Positions 38,593-50,866 of a stretch of DNA of 64,000 nucleotides are shown here, in pieces; the stretch's first letter is position 1, and each line of letters starts with the position of its first letter. The DNA lies in contig CM060731.1 of the NCBI GenBank assembly GCA_030704615.1, positions 992,001-1,056,000 of the forward strand, read 5' to 3'. Both the position numbers and the translations under genes were made by a program. Source of the DNA: Takakia lepidozioides (taxonomy: Eukaryota > Plantae > Bryophyta). The notes beneath the pieces were generated by a model, which saw only the letters and a program-made list of their open reading frames with translations, did not search any database and had not been told where the DNA came from.

Positions 38593-41500
38593 TGGGACGG
38601 GAATCACCGACTTCTTGCCTGGTGGGAGTACATCAAGCAGAACCATTCCAAGCATATTGGCTGGCATTACATGGTGGAGTGTGTCATCCTCAAGGTGAAG
38701 GCGACAGACTCTTTCCTGCTCAAGAATGCCATGGCGGACCTCAACTCGTAAGATTCTCATACCCTCCCAAGTACATCCGAAATGTGGTGCCGCATTTTGG
38801 TTTCCAATCAGTTTTGTTTCCGTGCTTCATTGGACTGAACTGGAGAGTGTGCCTTGCAGGGTCACTACGTGCATACCCACATGGCACATATGTTGTATAG
38901 GGTGAGGAAAACTGGTCTCACTGATCCGTACATGTTCGCCGAAATGCTGGAGCCCGAGCTCATTCAAAAAGCCCTGGCAAAAACAGACCGGACATGGTAT
39001 CGCCTCACTATGGATGGAATGGTGGAGGTCATATACGAAGTAAGTCGTCCTCCCATTTTCCTCTGCTCATCCTTCCTCAATTTCTAGTCATCTTTCCACA
39101 TGGATCCTATGTAATGCTTCTGTATGTTTTTCTTGGCAGTCAAACATCAAGCTGGATTTGGCCCATGCCAAACGCTTCTTCATGGAAAGTGAGGGGCAGA
39201 CAAAAACATTGCAGTCATTGACCGAGCACTTGAAGGAAGCCGGGGTCAAGTCCAGAACCAAATACAAGTCAAAGCTTGTGAAGCTGGTGGCCATTGCAGA
39301 TCCGGTACTTGGAAAAGACTTCATCCCCGAGATTGCAAAACACTATTCTCGGGTCATGCAGCTGACCATGCAGTTGGAGAAACTGCATCACCTCTCAACG
39401 GCATGTGTGGAGGCGAAAGAGAAGGTGAGGTTTCAATGCACTGAAGTTCCTTCCTAGCAATAGCCACTCTTCTTCCTGCTCCTGACATTGGATCGGAAAT
39501 GGCAGACATGGTGGCTGTCGATCTGGAATGCATCGGAGAGTATAAGGACCATGTAGTCTTTTCCACTCGAAGTTTCCGACCCTGCAGTGGATGTGTGGCT
39601 CAAGCGCATGACTTGGTGGTTCCAGGTAATTCAAGGTACTTCCCCCGATTTGCTTTGCTGGAATGAATTCCGTGAACTGCTACGTGACAATGCATGTTGG
39701 AAACGCAGGTAATGACGAATGCGAAGGAGCAAGTTGTAATGCATACAAATTCGTTCGGCTTGTACGTCAAATGAGATAGAACACAGACATTGGAAGACTA
39801 CCTGACAATTTTCAGATGTGCGTACAAGGACAACCTCTTCGCCAGGGAGCTGCAGACAGCAAGAAGAGCGTGGAGTTTACACACCAGGAGGGGGCGAGAA
39901 AAGTTGCAATGCGAATTGTGTACAGGTGAAGCCCAGCTCCCGTTGTATGCAAAAACTGGGTTATGAGGTTTGTCTGGGAAATGCGGCACCGCATTCGCAC
40001 TTTATCTTTTCGGTTGCACTCTGCGAATACATGCTCATAACTTGTGCTCACGCATGCTGATTGTCTTGCAGGTATATGAAATACGTGCTTCTTAAGACAG
40101 GGGCCCTGGCTCAAGAGCCACCGTTCTTCATGGCTTGGACCGTGGCAGGCCCAAGCTGTGTCTACCTACCAGAGATGTAGAAACAATGGCATGCCGCGCA
40201 TCTCGTTGGATGCCCGTGGTACCTGGACATGTCTGGCGGACTTGTTGATGAATCGAAGAAAGATCTGCACGCGAAAGCGGAGGAGAAGAGAAATGAAAGA
40301 CGTGTCCCTGCTGGGTTTGAGTTGGCAAAGGACGCTGCTGCTCTGGAACAATCCAGAAAGACAGCTGAGATGGCACAGAAGACGGTGGAAGCAGCTGTGC
40401 AGGCTGAACAGAAGGGGTCGGAGAAGATGACTCGCCAGCAAGGAGCAGCAATTGTGACACCCAAGAAGACGAAGAAGCAGAAAGAAAGAGCAGGAAGAAG
40501 ATGACGAAGAGGACTCCGATGGAGACTTTGCAACCAACCCACCTCCCGAAACGCAACCGAAATCCCCTGTGCCCACCATTGTCACGAAAGGGACGAGAAC
40601 AGGCTCAGCAAAGAAGACACTCTTCAACCCCCCGTGGTGGCACCATTTCGAGCCGGTGGAAATGAAGAGGCCGAAAGTGGAGCCAGAAACAGTAGTTCAG
40701 TGTGTCAATGAGAGTTTCTTGGCGGCTTTGGATGGACGGGCAGCCAAGTTGGCATACATCAAGACCATGGAGGGTCTGAAGGGCAGAGCACTGAAGAAGG
40801 CGGCTGAAGCAGAGCCTTCCGACACCCCTGGGTTTCTGAAGATGGTCTCGTTCTTTGAGAAGGTGTGTGCAGGGAATGATTGCAAGAGGGGCAGAAAAGC
40901 CACCGAATGGTCTTGCGATATGATCATCTTGGATATTCCGGACGGAGAGCCTGTGGAAGGACTGCAAGCTTTGCCATCTTGGAACAGGTACTTTGAGGAC
41001 TTTTGGAAGAAAAGATTCGGGCTCGCCTGCATGGTGTTGGACGACAGAGGCTATGTGGTTGTCCTGGCGAGCAGAGGCAAAAACACGGAGACAGGAATTG
41101 CGAAGTGGACCCGCAAGAGCGCCGTCCCAATTCTGAAGAAGAAGTGGACATGCATCAACACATTGGGCCTTCGGTCGGAAGGGAAGAAGGTAATTATGAC
41201 ATTAGCAATCGTCTTTTCATTTTGTAACCTGTTTTGAAATGCGGTGCCGCATTCGATTTCTAATCGTTCCCCACTGTGTATGCAGACGAAGCAGTTCGAT
41301 GCATACTGCTTTGTGAATGAGAACTCGACCTTTGCTTTCCGGAAGGAGGGATTGTTGGTTGACCTGAACTGTGATCCCATCGATTACGACGTCCTGTTCA
41401 ACAACGTTCCCACGGAACTCCTCCCCCATAGCCTCACTTCAACGGATCCTCTGCGGTATTCACGGACTCGGAGCTCTGCCTTCATCCAGACAATTATGGA

Positions 41501-41841
41501 GGCATGCACTGACCTGGAGGGCAGAGTGCTAGACCTCATTTGTGGAACAGGTATGCAGATTCTTGTACTATGTTGTTCTGTGAATTCTCATTTTGTTCAA
41601 ATTCGCCATGTGTGAAGGACCATTTATTAATGAGTGGATGACATTGACAGGTGCCTCAATGTGGGCTGGGCGATTTTCCGACCGACACCTCTTTGCCTAC
41701 GAGGAGGACACATCCGTCTGGGGATCCCATCTGGAAACTCACTATTCAATCATGCTTCATCCTCTGAATAGTGTTGAAGAACCCATAGGTTTTAAAACAG
41801 ACCTGCTGAAAACTGCTTTAACCTACAATTTAGCAAACTAA
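38593..41841 (+). pseudogene. Multi-exon ParB/Srx-like plus beta-class N4C/N6A DNA methyltransferase-like gene, disabled
   Basis: Approximate exons: 38593-38747 (WDGNHR), 38860-39039, 39140-39424, 39506-39625, 39709-about 39967, about 40072-41189 (CDMIILDIPDG; ACMVLDDRGYVVV), 41286-41550 and 41651-41841. The last two splice to RSSAFIQTIMEACTDLEGRVLDLICGTG-ASMWAGRFSDRHLFAYEED. Stops at 39554, about 39772 and about 40178, plus frameshifts. Confidence 0.7.
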
Positions 41842-42414
41842 TGTCTTTGAAGAACTCTCCAGATTACATATTGTTTTCTAAAAGTTCTCCCAAACAATTG
41901 GGTTTGACCTGGTAATGCCTAAATAATCCTGGGTTTGTTATTTCAACATGTATTCTCTGAATGAAATTGCAGTATGGTACTGAAACACCATCTGCAAAAC
42001 ATGTACTGGTTCATGAAATAAAAACTAAGCTGGCTAATGGTGTCTATACTCTGAAATTACTATACATAGAATTACCTGTGTAAGTACATAACAGTTAAAC
42101 ACCCGCAGCCCATGGTGTAATCTGCTCTAACCAGTAGAATACTGCTTTGAATGTTTGACTGTGTAATGCTGGAATAATATTTCCAGACACTTACCTGCTC
42201 ATGGAATCTGCATTTTACAGGTATGATATGAATTTGGAAAGCTTCTTGATCTGTTGTGGTATACCAACCCCAGGCTTAAACCTGGCCATGGGGCAGTAAA
42301 CAGTGCCCACTTCAATCAGTCCGGCTTAGAGGTTACTAAGAAGGTGGATTTGCCTAAGATACCTGCTTTCTTATGGAATGATAACTCTGTCATTAGCAAG
42401 ACTCATGCGTATCT

Positions 42415-42876
42415 TGCCAGTTGGACTCCATTTTTATGGCTAAGGTACTGGAAAAATAGCTCCAGATTGTTTAAGCATGGTTTAATGATGACATGGCCTC
42501 AGAAGAACTCCTGTTATGTTCGAAACACCATCCCCAGACCTGAACCAGGTCATGGGACATTTGGCGTCATTTATACTTTGAAGAGTAGTATTGAAACGCT
42601 GGCAGAACGTCTCCAGACATTAGTTCTGCTGTATAGAATGAGGCAGCTGCCAGTTGAACTCTGTTTTATATTGTTAAGGTACTGGAAAATAGCTCCAGAG
42701 TTGTTGAGCCTACCGTAATAATGAAATGGCTTTGGAAGAATTCCTGCTATGTCTGGTACTCCATCCCCCGACCTGAACCCTGGGTCATGGGACATCTGGT
42801 TTTGTTTATACTTTGATGTGTGTAACTAAATGCTGGCATACAGTCTCCAGACATTAATTCCGCTTTATAGAATGAG
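42415..42876. repeat. Diverged tandem duplication of about 235 bp
   Basis: Shared blocks TAAGGTACTGGAAAA, GACCTGAACC...GGTCATGGGACAT and GTCTCCAGACATTA...TATAGAATGAG. Confidence 0.85.
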
Positions 42877-43122
42877 TAACCTGCTGGTGTCAATGGTGAT
42901 GGAATTTAGCTAAAAAACAAAGCCCTTTCTATGATGAATGTTTTACAATTCCCACCCTCTCACCCTGAGATTTCAGATATCCTGAAATCGTCAGAGTTCA
43001 ATCAAATCTAAAAGCGACATGGAAGGAGGAGTTTGATAATGCCTTGTAAAGAGGCTGCTTTGTCTTTTTTCTTTGACAATGACTTTTACTAAGTCTTGTC
43101 TATGACATGAGTATCTTCCCTT

Positions 43123-43440
43123 TGTCCCATCAGAATGTGGAGAGAGAGGGAGAGAGGGAGAGAGAGGGAGTGTTGAGGAAAATAAAAATAAAAAAGAAGG
43201 CTGAGCAGCAGCTGCTCTGTTTCCCCCCCCCCCCCCCCCCCACTTTCTTTTTATTTTTTTTCCCTCATCTCTCCGTCTCTCCGTCTCTCCCTCTCTCTCC
43301 CTCTGTCCCATCAGGATGTGGAGAGAAGGGAGAGAGAGGGAGTGTTGAGGAAAAACAAATAAAAAAGAAGGTGGGGGGGGAGTGCAGCTGCTCAGTCACT
43401 CTCCCCCCCCACCTCCTTTTTTATTTTTTTCCCTCATCCA
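43123..43440. repeat. Tandem dimer of a purine/pyrimidine fold-back unit
   Basis: Each unit starts TGTCCCATCAGRATGTGGAGAG and has a GA-rich arm, a GCAGCTGC palindromic centre and a complementary CT-rich arm. Confidence 0.8.
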
Positions 43441-43631
43441 TGAGTTGCATGTCTCATCCTGAACTGAAGCTTAGATCACAGTGACAAGGCCAGTATAGAT
43501 GAAGCAGACAGATCTGTTGATAAAATGAGGCAGCTTTAGAGCTGTCCTTGATAGGAATAGGGAGTCATTGTAGAGGGGAGTTGGTTCTTCTGGAAATTCG
43601 GAAAGCATGCTCCCGTGCTTAAAACAGAAGG

Positions 43632-43851
43632 CTAACATCTGGTGGTCCACTTTTTCCAGTAAGTTGAGTTGGGGTCACCATCCATGCAGTCTGGGTACTT
43701 GCCGGTCCAGCTTAAGGTCTCACTGAGGCGCTGCATCTGCTGCTCTGGTGAAAGCTTGGAGACCCACTCTGGAACAAACTCAGGTTGCTCTGTCATTTCC
43801 ATTGCATACTGATGAACGCAGCTAATCCTTGGCATTCTAATCTCCTCAAAC
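43632..43851 (-). other. Putative terminal exon of an unknown protein
   Basis: An AG acceptor at 43852 is followed by the open frame FEEIRMPRISCVHQY...YWKKWTTRC*. Does not resemble TCP11. Confidence 0.35.
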
Positions 43852-44358
43852 CTGATTCCACATGTGCAAAATTCGATGCAGCCCCATCAAGCAATATTCA
43901 AGTGAACTAATGTCAAATGGACGCAATCATTAGCAGAATCTGTGACATGCAGGCCTGTGCAAGCATCCAGTTTATTCTAAGATGGGCCCAGGTACATAAG
44001 TATTATATAACCAGAATATGTTCATGAAGGTACTAGTTATATAAGCGCTGTATACCAGAGTAGCAATTTGCATAAAAGTCTAGCACTAATGAGTGAGTGC
44101 ACAAAAGATATTTAACCTGGTGATACTATAACAACAGGATGTTCAAAGTGATCTCCTTGCAGGTGGATCACATCTTGGCTAAGATCCACAACATGAATCA
44201 GATAAGGCGATCCAGCAAGATGTTCCAAAGATTGTGTCACTCATCATTCTTGTAAAACACTCCCGCCGCTTCTGAAGTTGGAGCACGAGAATCTACAATC
44301 TGATAAAACCACAAGAAGAGGGACGAAGTGAGGATGCAGGCTGGTGAGGGAGGCCAAC

Positions 44359-46400
44359 CTGAAGTTGTTCGAAGATGAAGCGTATCCCCCTCACCAGAGT
44401 GATTGCAAATGCACTTTGTGATTTCTCGTTGTCTGAAAGTGCTGCTGATAACTCATCAACCAGCACTTGGTGCGCAGCCTTTGCCTCATTGTCGTGGACT
44501 GGTGCACCCAGCTTGAGGATCAGACCAGATGCATAGTCCAACAGCCGCCGTAGGTAGTCCATATCATTGCTACCTGATTCCAGTATCTACACAACCATAT
44601 TTGCGATGAACTTCAGACAACATTGATGATCCAGGTCATCCGCAAGAAGAAGGGTACATATATTTCAGCCATAGCTCGGCCTAGGGCTCCCAATCAAACA
44701 GCAGAAGAGAACCCCTGACACAAAAACAAATAAACCCAAAACGTTGCATGTAGGAGTGCTTGCAGAGGAAAGGAGGTTAAGAGTCTTTGAAAGAGAAATG
44801 AAATGGTACTTTATAACGTCCGAGGAAAGCAGGGGAGATTTAAAGTCCTTTTTACCTGAGAAAATAGTTCTAAGTCCATACTTTCCCGAAGCTCCACTTT
44901 CCATTGTTCAGGAACAAGACCCTCAAGCTCCTCCCGCACCTCACCCACCAGGTTGACAACACGTTTGTACTCAATCGGCTCTTTCACAAGGCCCTCTGCA
45001 ATGCTATCCCAGAAAGCATCCTCCATTGTTGATCGTATTTGTGCCTGCAGTACAACCACGGTGAGATATGATGGCAAAGACATTCAGCTGACAATATTTA
45101 GCTAACCCACATGAGCAATAGCATGTACCCATCCAAAATATGTTTTGCGAATTCCTTTGCGAAGTCCACCAAGGCTTCTTCCATGCGCATCAAACCTGGA
45201 CTGCCAGTCAGATGCACAATCCGATCCTGCAATAACTTCTGATCCTCCAGCACCTGCCATGTGAAATGCTTTTGTCATTCGGTACAACTCGACTTGGAAT
45301 CAACATGTCTTTTGACATCTCTCACGTGGATGCAACTAGGTATATTGCAGCTCCAGGGGCACATACTACCACAAAGACCAATAGCAAAAATCAGCCTCCT
45401 CCAAGTGGACATTCTACGGACACATCCCTAAAGAATAGGATACCTGAGGAGGTGTCAGAGCTGACCTGTTTGCGAATTGCCTTAGCGTCATGGCTAAGAT
45501 CAGAGGCACTCCCATCAGGAGAAACTTTGCATTTTTGCAACATAGAGATTTCTAGTTGACATGCCATCCGTGTCAAATCTTCCTCCAGAACTTGGGCATC
45601 CTTCACTTTCCAGGCAACAAACTGGTACAGATATGAACACCACGCTGCATCAAATGCAGCAAGCTGAGCAACAAAAGGCCTTGGTGGAGGTGGTGGTGCA
45701 GGTAGAGCAGACAGGTCAGACTGACAATCAGACCTTTTCTCAGAAGCACCATTGGGCGCGGTGGGCTGGATGAAGGGCCATCAAGAATAGTTGTAGTCAA
45801 TGCTTCAAATTCAGGCAAGAGTTTGGCTGCCGCTTCTGCAAGCGCAGTTTCACGCTTGCCTCGACTACTGAACACAGCATCCGGCTGCCCTTGAATCACA
45901 TAAGCACAAAGAAACACTCGAGCCGGGTATCTGTCCAGCTCCTTCTCCTCAGATTTTTGACCATCCTTCCCCTTTGAAATCAAAGTGCCAGATGGAGACC
46001 AGCCAGCATCTTTAGCAACCACTTTATTCCCTCCTTGTGGTGCAAACTTCTTAGCCGAGTTACTTGCATTCGAAGTTCCAGTTCTGCGGCTTGCAGGTGG
46101 TGACAAGCGTTTGAGCAGATGATCAATGCGTGTGGCATTGCTGGCATGACCTGCTATCGAAGCAGAAAGCAGCTCTCAATGCATGTCAGGAGTGCCTTCA
46201 CACTACGGAGTGTAGCTTAGGATGTGATTCGTGCTGCCAGCTGCTCAAACGCAATGGCTGTCACAGATGCCCCATTTATGGCACAAGCCACATACTCTTG
46301 TGCTAATGCGTATGTGGGTGGTGGTAGCTTAGTGGGTCTTAGTGGGGGTGGCATAGGACTCACCATGGGGCGCCTAGACCGCCGAAACTGCCTCCAGCAT
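44359..46400 (-). pseudogene. T-complex protein 11 family internal fragment (about 4 exons with introns)
   Basis: CWRQFRRS...[72 protein letters not shown] and DYLRRLLDYA...RFIFEQLQ. Contains a stop, frameshifts and an exonic insertion. N- and C-terminal exons are absent. Confidence 0.85.
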
Positions 46401-48060
46401 CTGCAAATTCCACCCAGATGTCAATACAAAGCACATAACTCCTCCTTCCCCTTCCTCCCCCCTAACTGAATCGGACAACTGCAATAGCCAAAGTCAATTG
46501 TCAAAGCTTCTGCACTGATAGAATGGATGCGGAAAATTTGATAAATTAAGCAAGCAATTACCACATTTTTAGTATATTGCACCATGTGAACTGGATGGGC
46601 TCACGCAAAAAAGAACACTCTTACAGAAAGGATCGACTTTATTACCTTTCCTTGTGTCCAAGACACAGGCTACCAGAAGCAGCAGAAGAAAAACACTGAC
46701 CTGGTAAATCAGATATCAGATTCCATACGAGTTCATAACAACTAGTCAATTGATATATCCCTCCTGGCAGGCTGGCTGTGTGTTTGAAAAACATGTTCAA
46801 AGCTTACAGTCTCCTCATTTAGGTCTTTCAACTTCCTTCAGTAGTTTGATTCCCTTTGGGAAGAAGACCTGGCCTTCACATCTTTCGGCAGTAAGGCATC
46901 TGGAGATCTGGAGACTGCCCTGTGTGATTTTCCTTTGAATGTCACTAAATCAGTTGGGGGTTGTGAGGACAGAAAAAACCCATAATTCTCCCTCAAAGAT
47001 TAGGGGCAAACATACCTCAAGAGCTGGAAAATGTTGTGGACAAAGGAGAGGCCCAGGCAGAAGAGACTAGGGAGGCAGTAAGCAAGAGAGATGTCTCACG
47101 CACATGAAGGAGGGCGTAGACTGTGTCCCCAGCATCTTCAGCTTCAGCTGTCAATCTATATGCAATGTCGCCAGCTGCTGCACCTCCTTGTCCCTCGAAA
47201 TACCCCATATTTCTATTCAACACATTCTCAAACACAAATGCCCTCACTGCATAGGTGATATTCAGGGCAGCTTCCCAAAGTCTCAGCCTTCTTCTTCACA
47301 CCCTTTCACAGCCTTCTTGGTCAAGCTGCTTAAATCACCCTTTGCGAGTAAGTTTGACAATCCCCCAATCTGATGAAGTGTAAAATTAAGAAACTGTTTT
47401 ACCACCACAGACTCTAGGCAGATTTTAAATATCAGTTTCTTCATCCTCGTCTGGAACCGAGGCTCTCTCTTCAATATTAAAAGAGCAGCAAATCCCGATA
47501 GAGTAAACGTCCTCAGCCCAAACAATACAGCCAGATTCCACATGCTCAAAGTAGATTATCAGTGGGCCGAAGTGAGTCAGCATACATCTATGGCCAGAGG
47601 TGTTCCCTAGAGGTGTTCCTACAGCCATAGCTGCTGCACTCTTGCCCGACAGTCTGATGAAGTGTAAAATTAAGAAACTGTTTACCGCCACAGAATCTAG
47701 GCAGGTGCACAGGAATCAGGCTGCTACACCAAAACCACAGTGTTCACCTTTTAAACATCAGTTTCTTCATCCAGTTTCTTCAAATTTCTAAACCAGAAAG
47801 TGTTTCAAGGTAGCATCCAATCTACTCAGGATCTGCTTGTCTGTTCTGGAAGCTGCCTCTATGAAAAAGGCTACACAAGCAAAGTCTATAGCTAGCATAC
47901 TAAATCAACACTAAATCCTGCCCATGCTTTCCTATGCGTTAAACCAAACCAGCTTCTATCACCATCATTGTGGCCATCCCTGCAGCAGCCCTATCCTCCC
48001 CACTATTGAAGCTAGCATACAAGTCTGCCAATGTCTCCCCAATTGACAAGATAGACCAAT

Positions 48061-50651
48061 TTACTTCCCTTTGCGCCCCTTTGCAGCATTCAATGCACGT
48101 CGAGATTCCACGGCCAGCTTCAATGGAGTGCGAACTTGGTCTAAACTCTTCATCACTTTGCGTGTTTTCCTCACAGGTGACTCATCCTCTTCAGAATGTG
48201 TGTCAAGTTCAGGATCACTTTTGTCACAGGTTTTGCCACTCTTCTTTATACGACCTCTTTTCTTGAGCGTCTCCCCTAGAGACTTGCGGATAGTCTTCTT
48301 CTTCATCCTTTTCCCTTGTCCAAGAGTATCCAAAGACTGAGCACCACCACCCAAAGAGACATGACTACCCCAAGCAATACTTTCAACTACATCTTTTGAA
48401 CCTCCAATCGGCTTCTTCTCAGATTCAGCCTCACTATCTGACATATCAGAGTTATGGTCAGACCTCCTTCCATCCTTGCTGGAGCTAATGGTTGTACCGC
48501 TAGAGTCTTCATCATCAGTCTTGGGCAGCATTTTTTTAATTACATCATGAGAAGAATGATCATCGTTGCTTGAGCTATCATCTGAAGAATGATATTCCGG
48601 TTCCTCTTCCAGCTTGTGCGTGTTTTTCTTTTTCTTTGAAGAAAGCGTTTTCTGGAATTGTTCCAGAGGTTTTCCAACAGACCCATGGACAGATCCACTT
48701 GCAACTTGATCTGTCATCGCTTTGCAACCACTCCCACCTGCATCATCAGCCTTTGCATCTTTCCAAGCCCGTGCCAAAGTGGGACGATGACGGGGGGCCT
48801 CCACCAACTTAGCTTTTGGCCCCAATGGTTGTTCCACAGGCTTGACTTCTAGGATTGGCAATGAAGGTACATGGTCGGGTGGTGTCTTGTGATCCTTCAG
48901 CAATGTGGCATCACCAATGTTGGATAGGGGAGTGGAAAGGATGCATTGCGGTGAAGCATCTAGAATTGTGTTTGTCGGAGAAAGAGGAGCAATTGGAGAA
49001 AGACTTCCCACACCTGGAGTTTGAGATCCACCTGCTACACATGACAAGGCCCCACCCATGCAAGACAATCTTGCATGTTTGGAGCTCAAGGGTGTAATGG
49101 AGTTTTCGACAAGGGAACAAGAAGCCAGCACCTCAGCTTCCATGCTAGTAGTGGTTGCTGCATCACAAAACACAGGAAGCCTTTAATCAAAGTCATGGAT
49201 CATTTTTCAGCACACAAGGCCATGCTCCATCATTTTTCAGCACGCTAGGTCATGCTCGATCATTTTTGAGCACACGAGGTTATGCTTCATCATTCTTCAG
49301 GACATGAGGTCGTGCTTTACAGTTTTCAGCACAAGAGGTCATGCTTCAGGCCCCTATGACGTTAATCTATACTTTGGGTTATGATCATCGATCAATTCCC
49401 AATAATCATGACTGTGTGTCATGCTTCCTAACAGGCATCATGAATCCACATGGGTGTGTTAGTAGGGATGATTTTCTATCATGAACACGCACATTAGGTT
49501 GTTGCCCATACCTCTAGTTATTGGTCCACGACAGTGGACCGTGCAAATAATCTATGATTGTTCAAAGGACTAACGTAACTCCTCACGACAAGCTGTCATA
49601 CAATCTACATATACACGACAACAAGAAAACTATGCATAAAGAAACATGGAAGATCAACTTACTTGCCAACTTGCGGCTCTTTCTTCATCTCCAACCAGCT
49701 TTGTCTTGGATGTAGCTCCTTGAGATTATCTTGCAAGTCCTCGGGAATTGGACGGAAGCCAAATGAAGTCCACCAATCCGGGGGAAAGGGTTTTCCACAG
49801 TGTTCAGCATTGCAAACAGTAGATTCCTGAATATGAACTGCCATGCAAAATGGGTGATATGTGTGCCCACAACTTGCAACCAAGAAATTATTGCAACCAA
49901 ACCATTCGTTACACACAGGGCAGATCTTGATAACCATGTATGCCTTGGTTGGAGCCTCAAGGGGGTTGGCTACTGGTTGTGGCCACGTACAGACTCCATG
50001 CCCGACTCGCATGGCGTTGACTTGCTTTTCCGTGGTCGACTTCCCCTTTTCAACCTCCTCTACCTTGGCTTTTGGATGACAAGGAGTTCTTTCTGGAGAC
50101 GTTCAAAAGTACTTGTGTACATTGCCAAGTCCCCCTCTCCACCCCTTGCCCTCTTTTGCATGCTCAATTTGTTACCCTCACAAAGCTGCAATTTCTTCTC
50201 TAGCTCTGTAATTTCCTTCTCCACACCTTGTATGGACAAGTCCAAGCCATCTTTCCCATTCTTTGGCATTGCCACATCCCCATCATCTTCTCCATATTGC
50301 TTCTTTAGTTCTCTCAGGCGCTGACGCGCCTCGACAAGAGTAGTTTCCACTTGCTGCTGTTCATCACATGCTTCAGATAGCCCTATGAGGCGGTCATCCA
50401 TTAGGGCTTCTTGAATCCTCAATTTCTCTCCATACTTGGCTCTTTGTCCAGTTAGCTCTACAATGTCTTTGTGCAACCCAAGAAGTATTTCACTTTGAAC
50501 ATTGATCAGCTTTTCAACTCGCTCAATCTCTGAAACTGAGAACCCCACATGACCTGCCAGATGGGGTTTACCATTCAACTCCAACCTTCGAGCCAAAAGT
50601 GGGTTTATGGTGGCCAACCTCTCTGGATTGACATGCATTGTAGACTTTGAG
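48061..50651 (-). pseudogene. Coiled-coil plus RING-finger plus low-complexity protein gene, frameshifted
   Basis: Coiled-coil ORF 50060-50638, a frameshift, then CPVC...SCGHTYHPFC...C....C...PDWWTSFGF. A probable intron leads to the S/K/D-rich ORF 48061-49157. Confidence 0.65.
49190..49348. repeat. 30-bp tandem repeat x5 in the RING-gene intron
   Basis: CATTTTTCAGCACACGAGGTCATGCTTCAT-like units at 49201, 49231, 49261, 49291 and 49321. Confidence 0.9.
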
Positions 50652-50829
50652 CTGGAAATGAAACAAGAATAGTAAAAAAAAATGCCTATAGCCGTGGATG
50701 ATCTGAACCACTGACCCTATTCCCGAGTCTATGGAAAAGTAGACAAGACCCATTGAGGGAAGGAAAACTATAGCGAACAATTTGTGGATGTAAAACTGTC
50801 GGGGAATATTAGACAATGAGCCCAACCCC

Positions 50830-50866
50830 GTGAGCCTGTGAGCCTAGGTAGGCTCACGTGAGCCTA
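50830..50866. repeat. Cluster of four GTGAGCCT sites including a perfect 18-bp palindrome
   Basis: TAGGCTCACGTGAGCCTA at 50849-50866, with a central CACGTG G-box. Confidence 0.9.
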
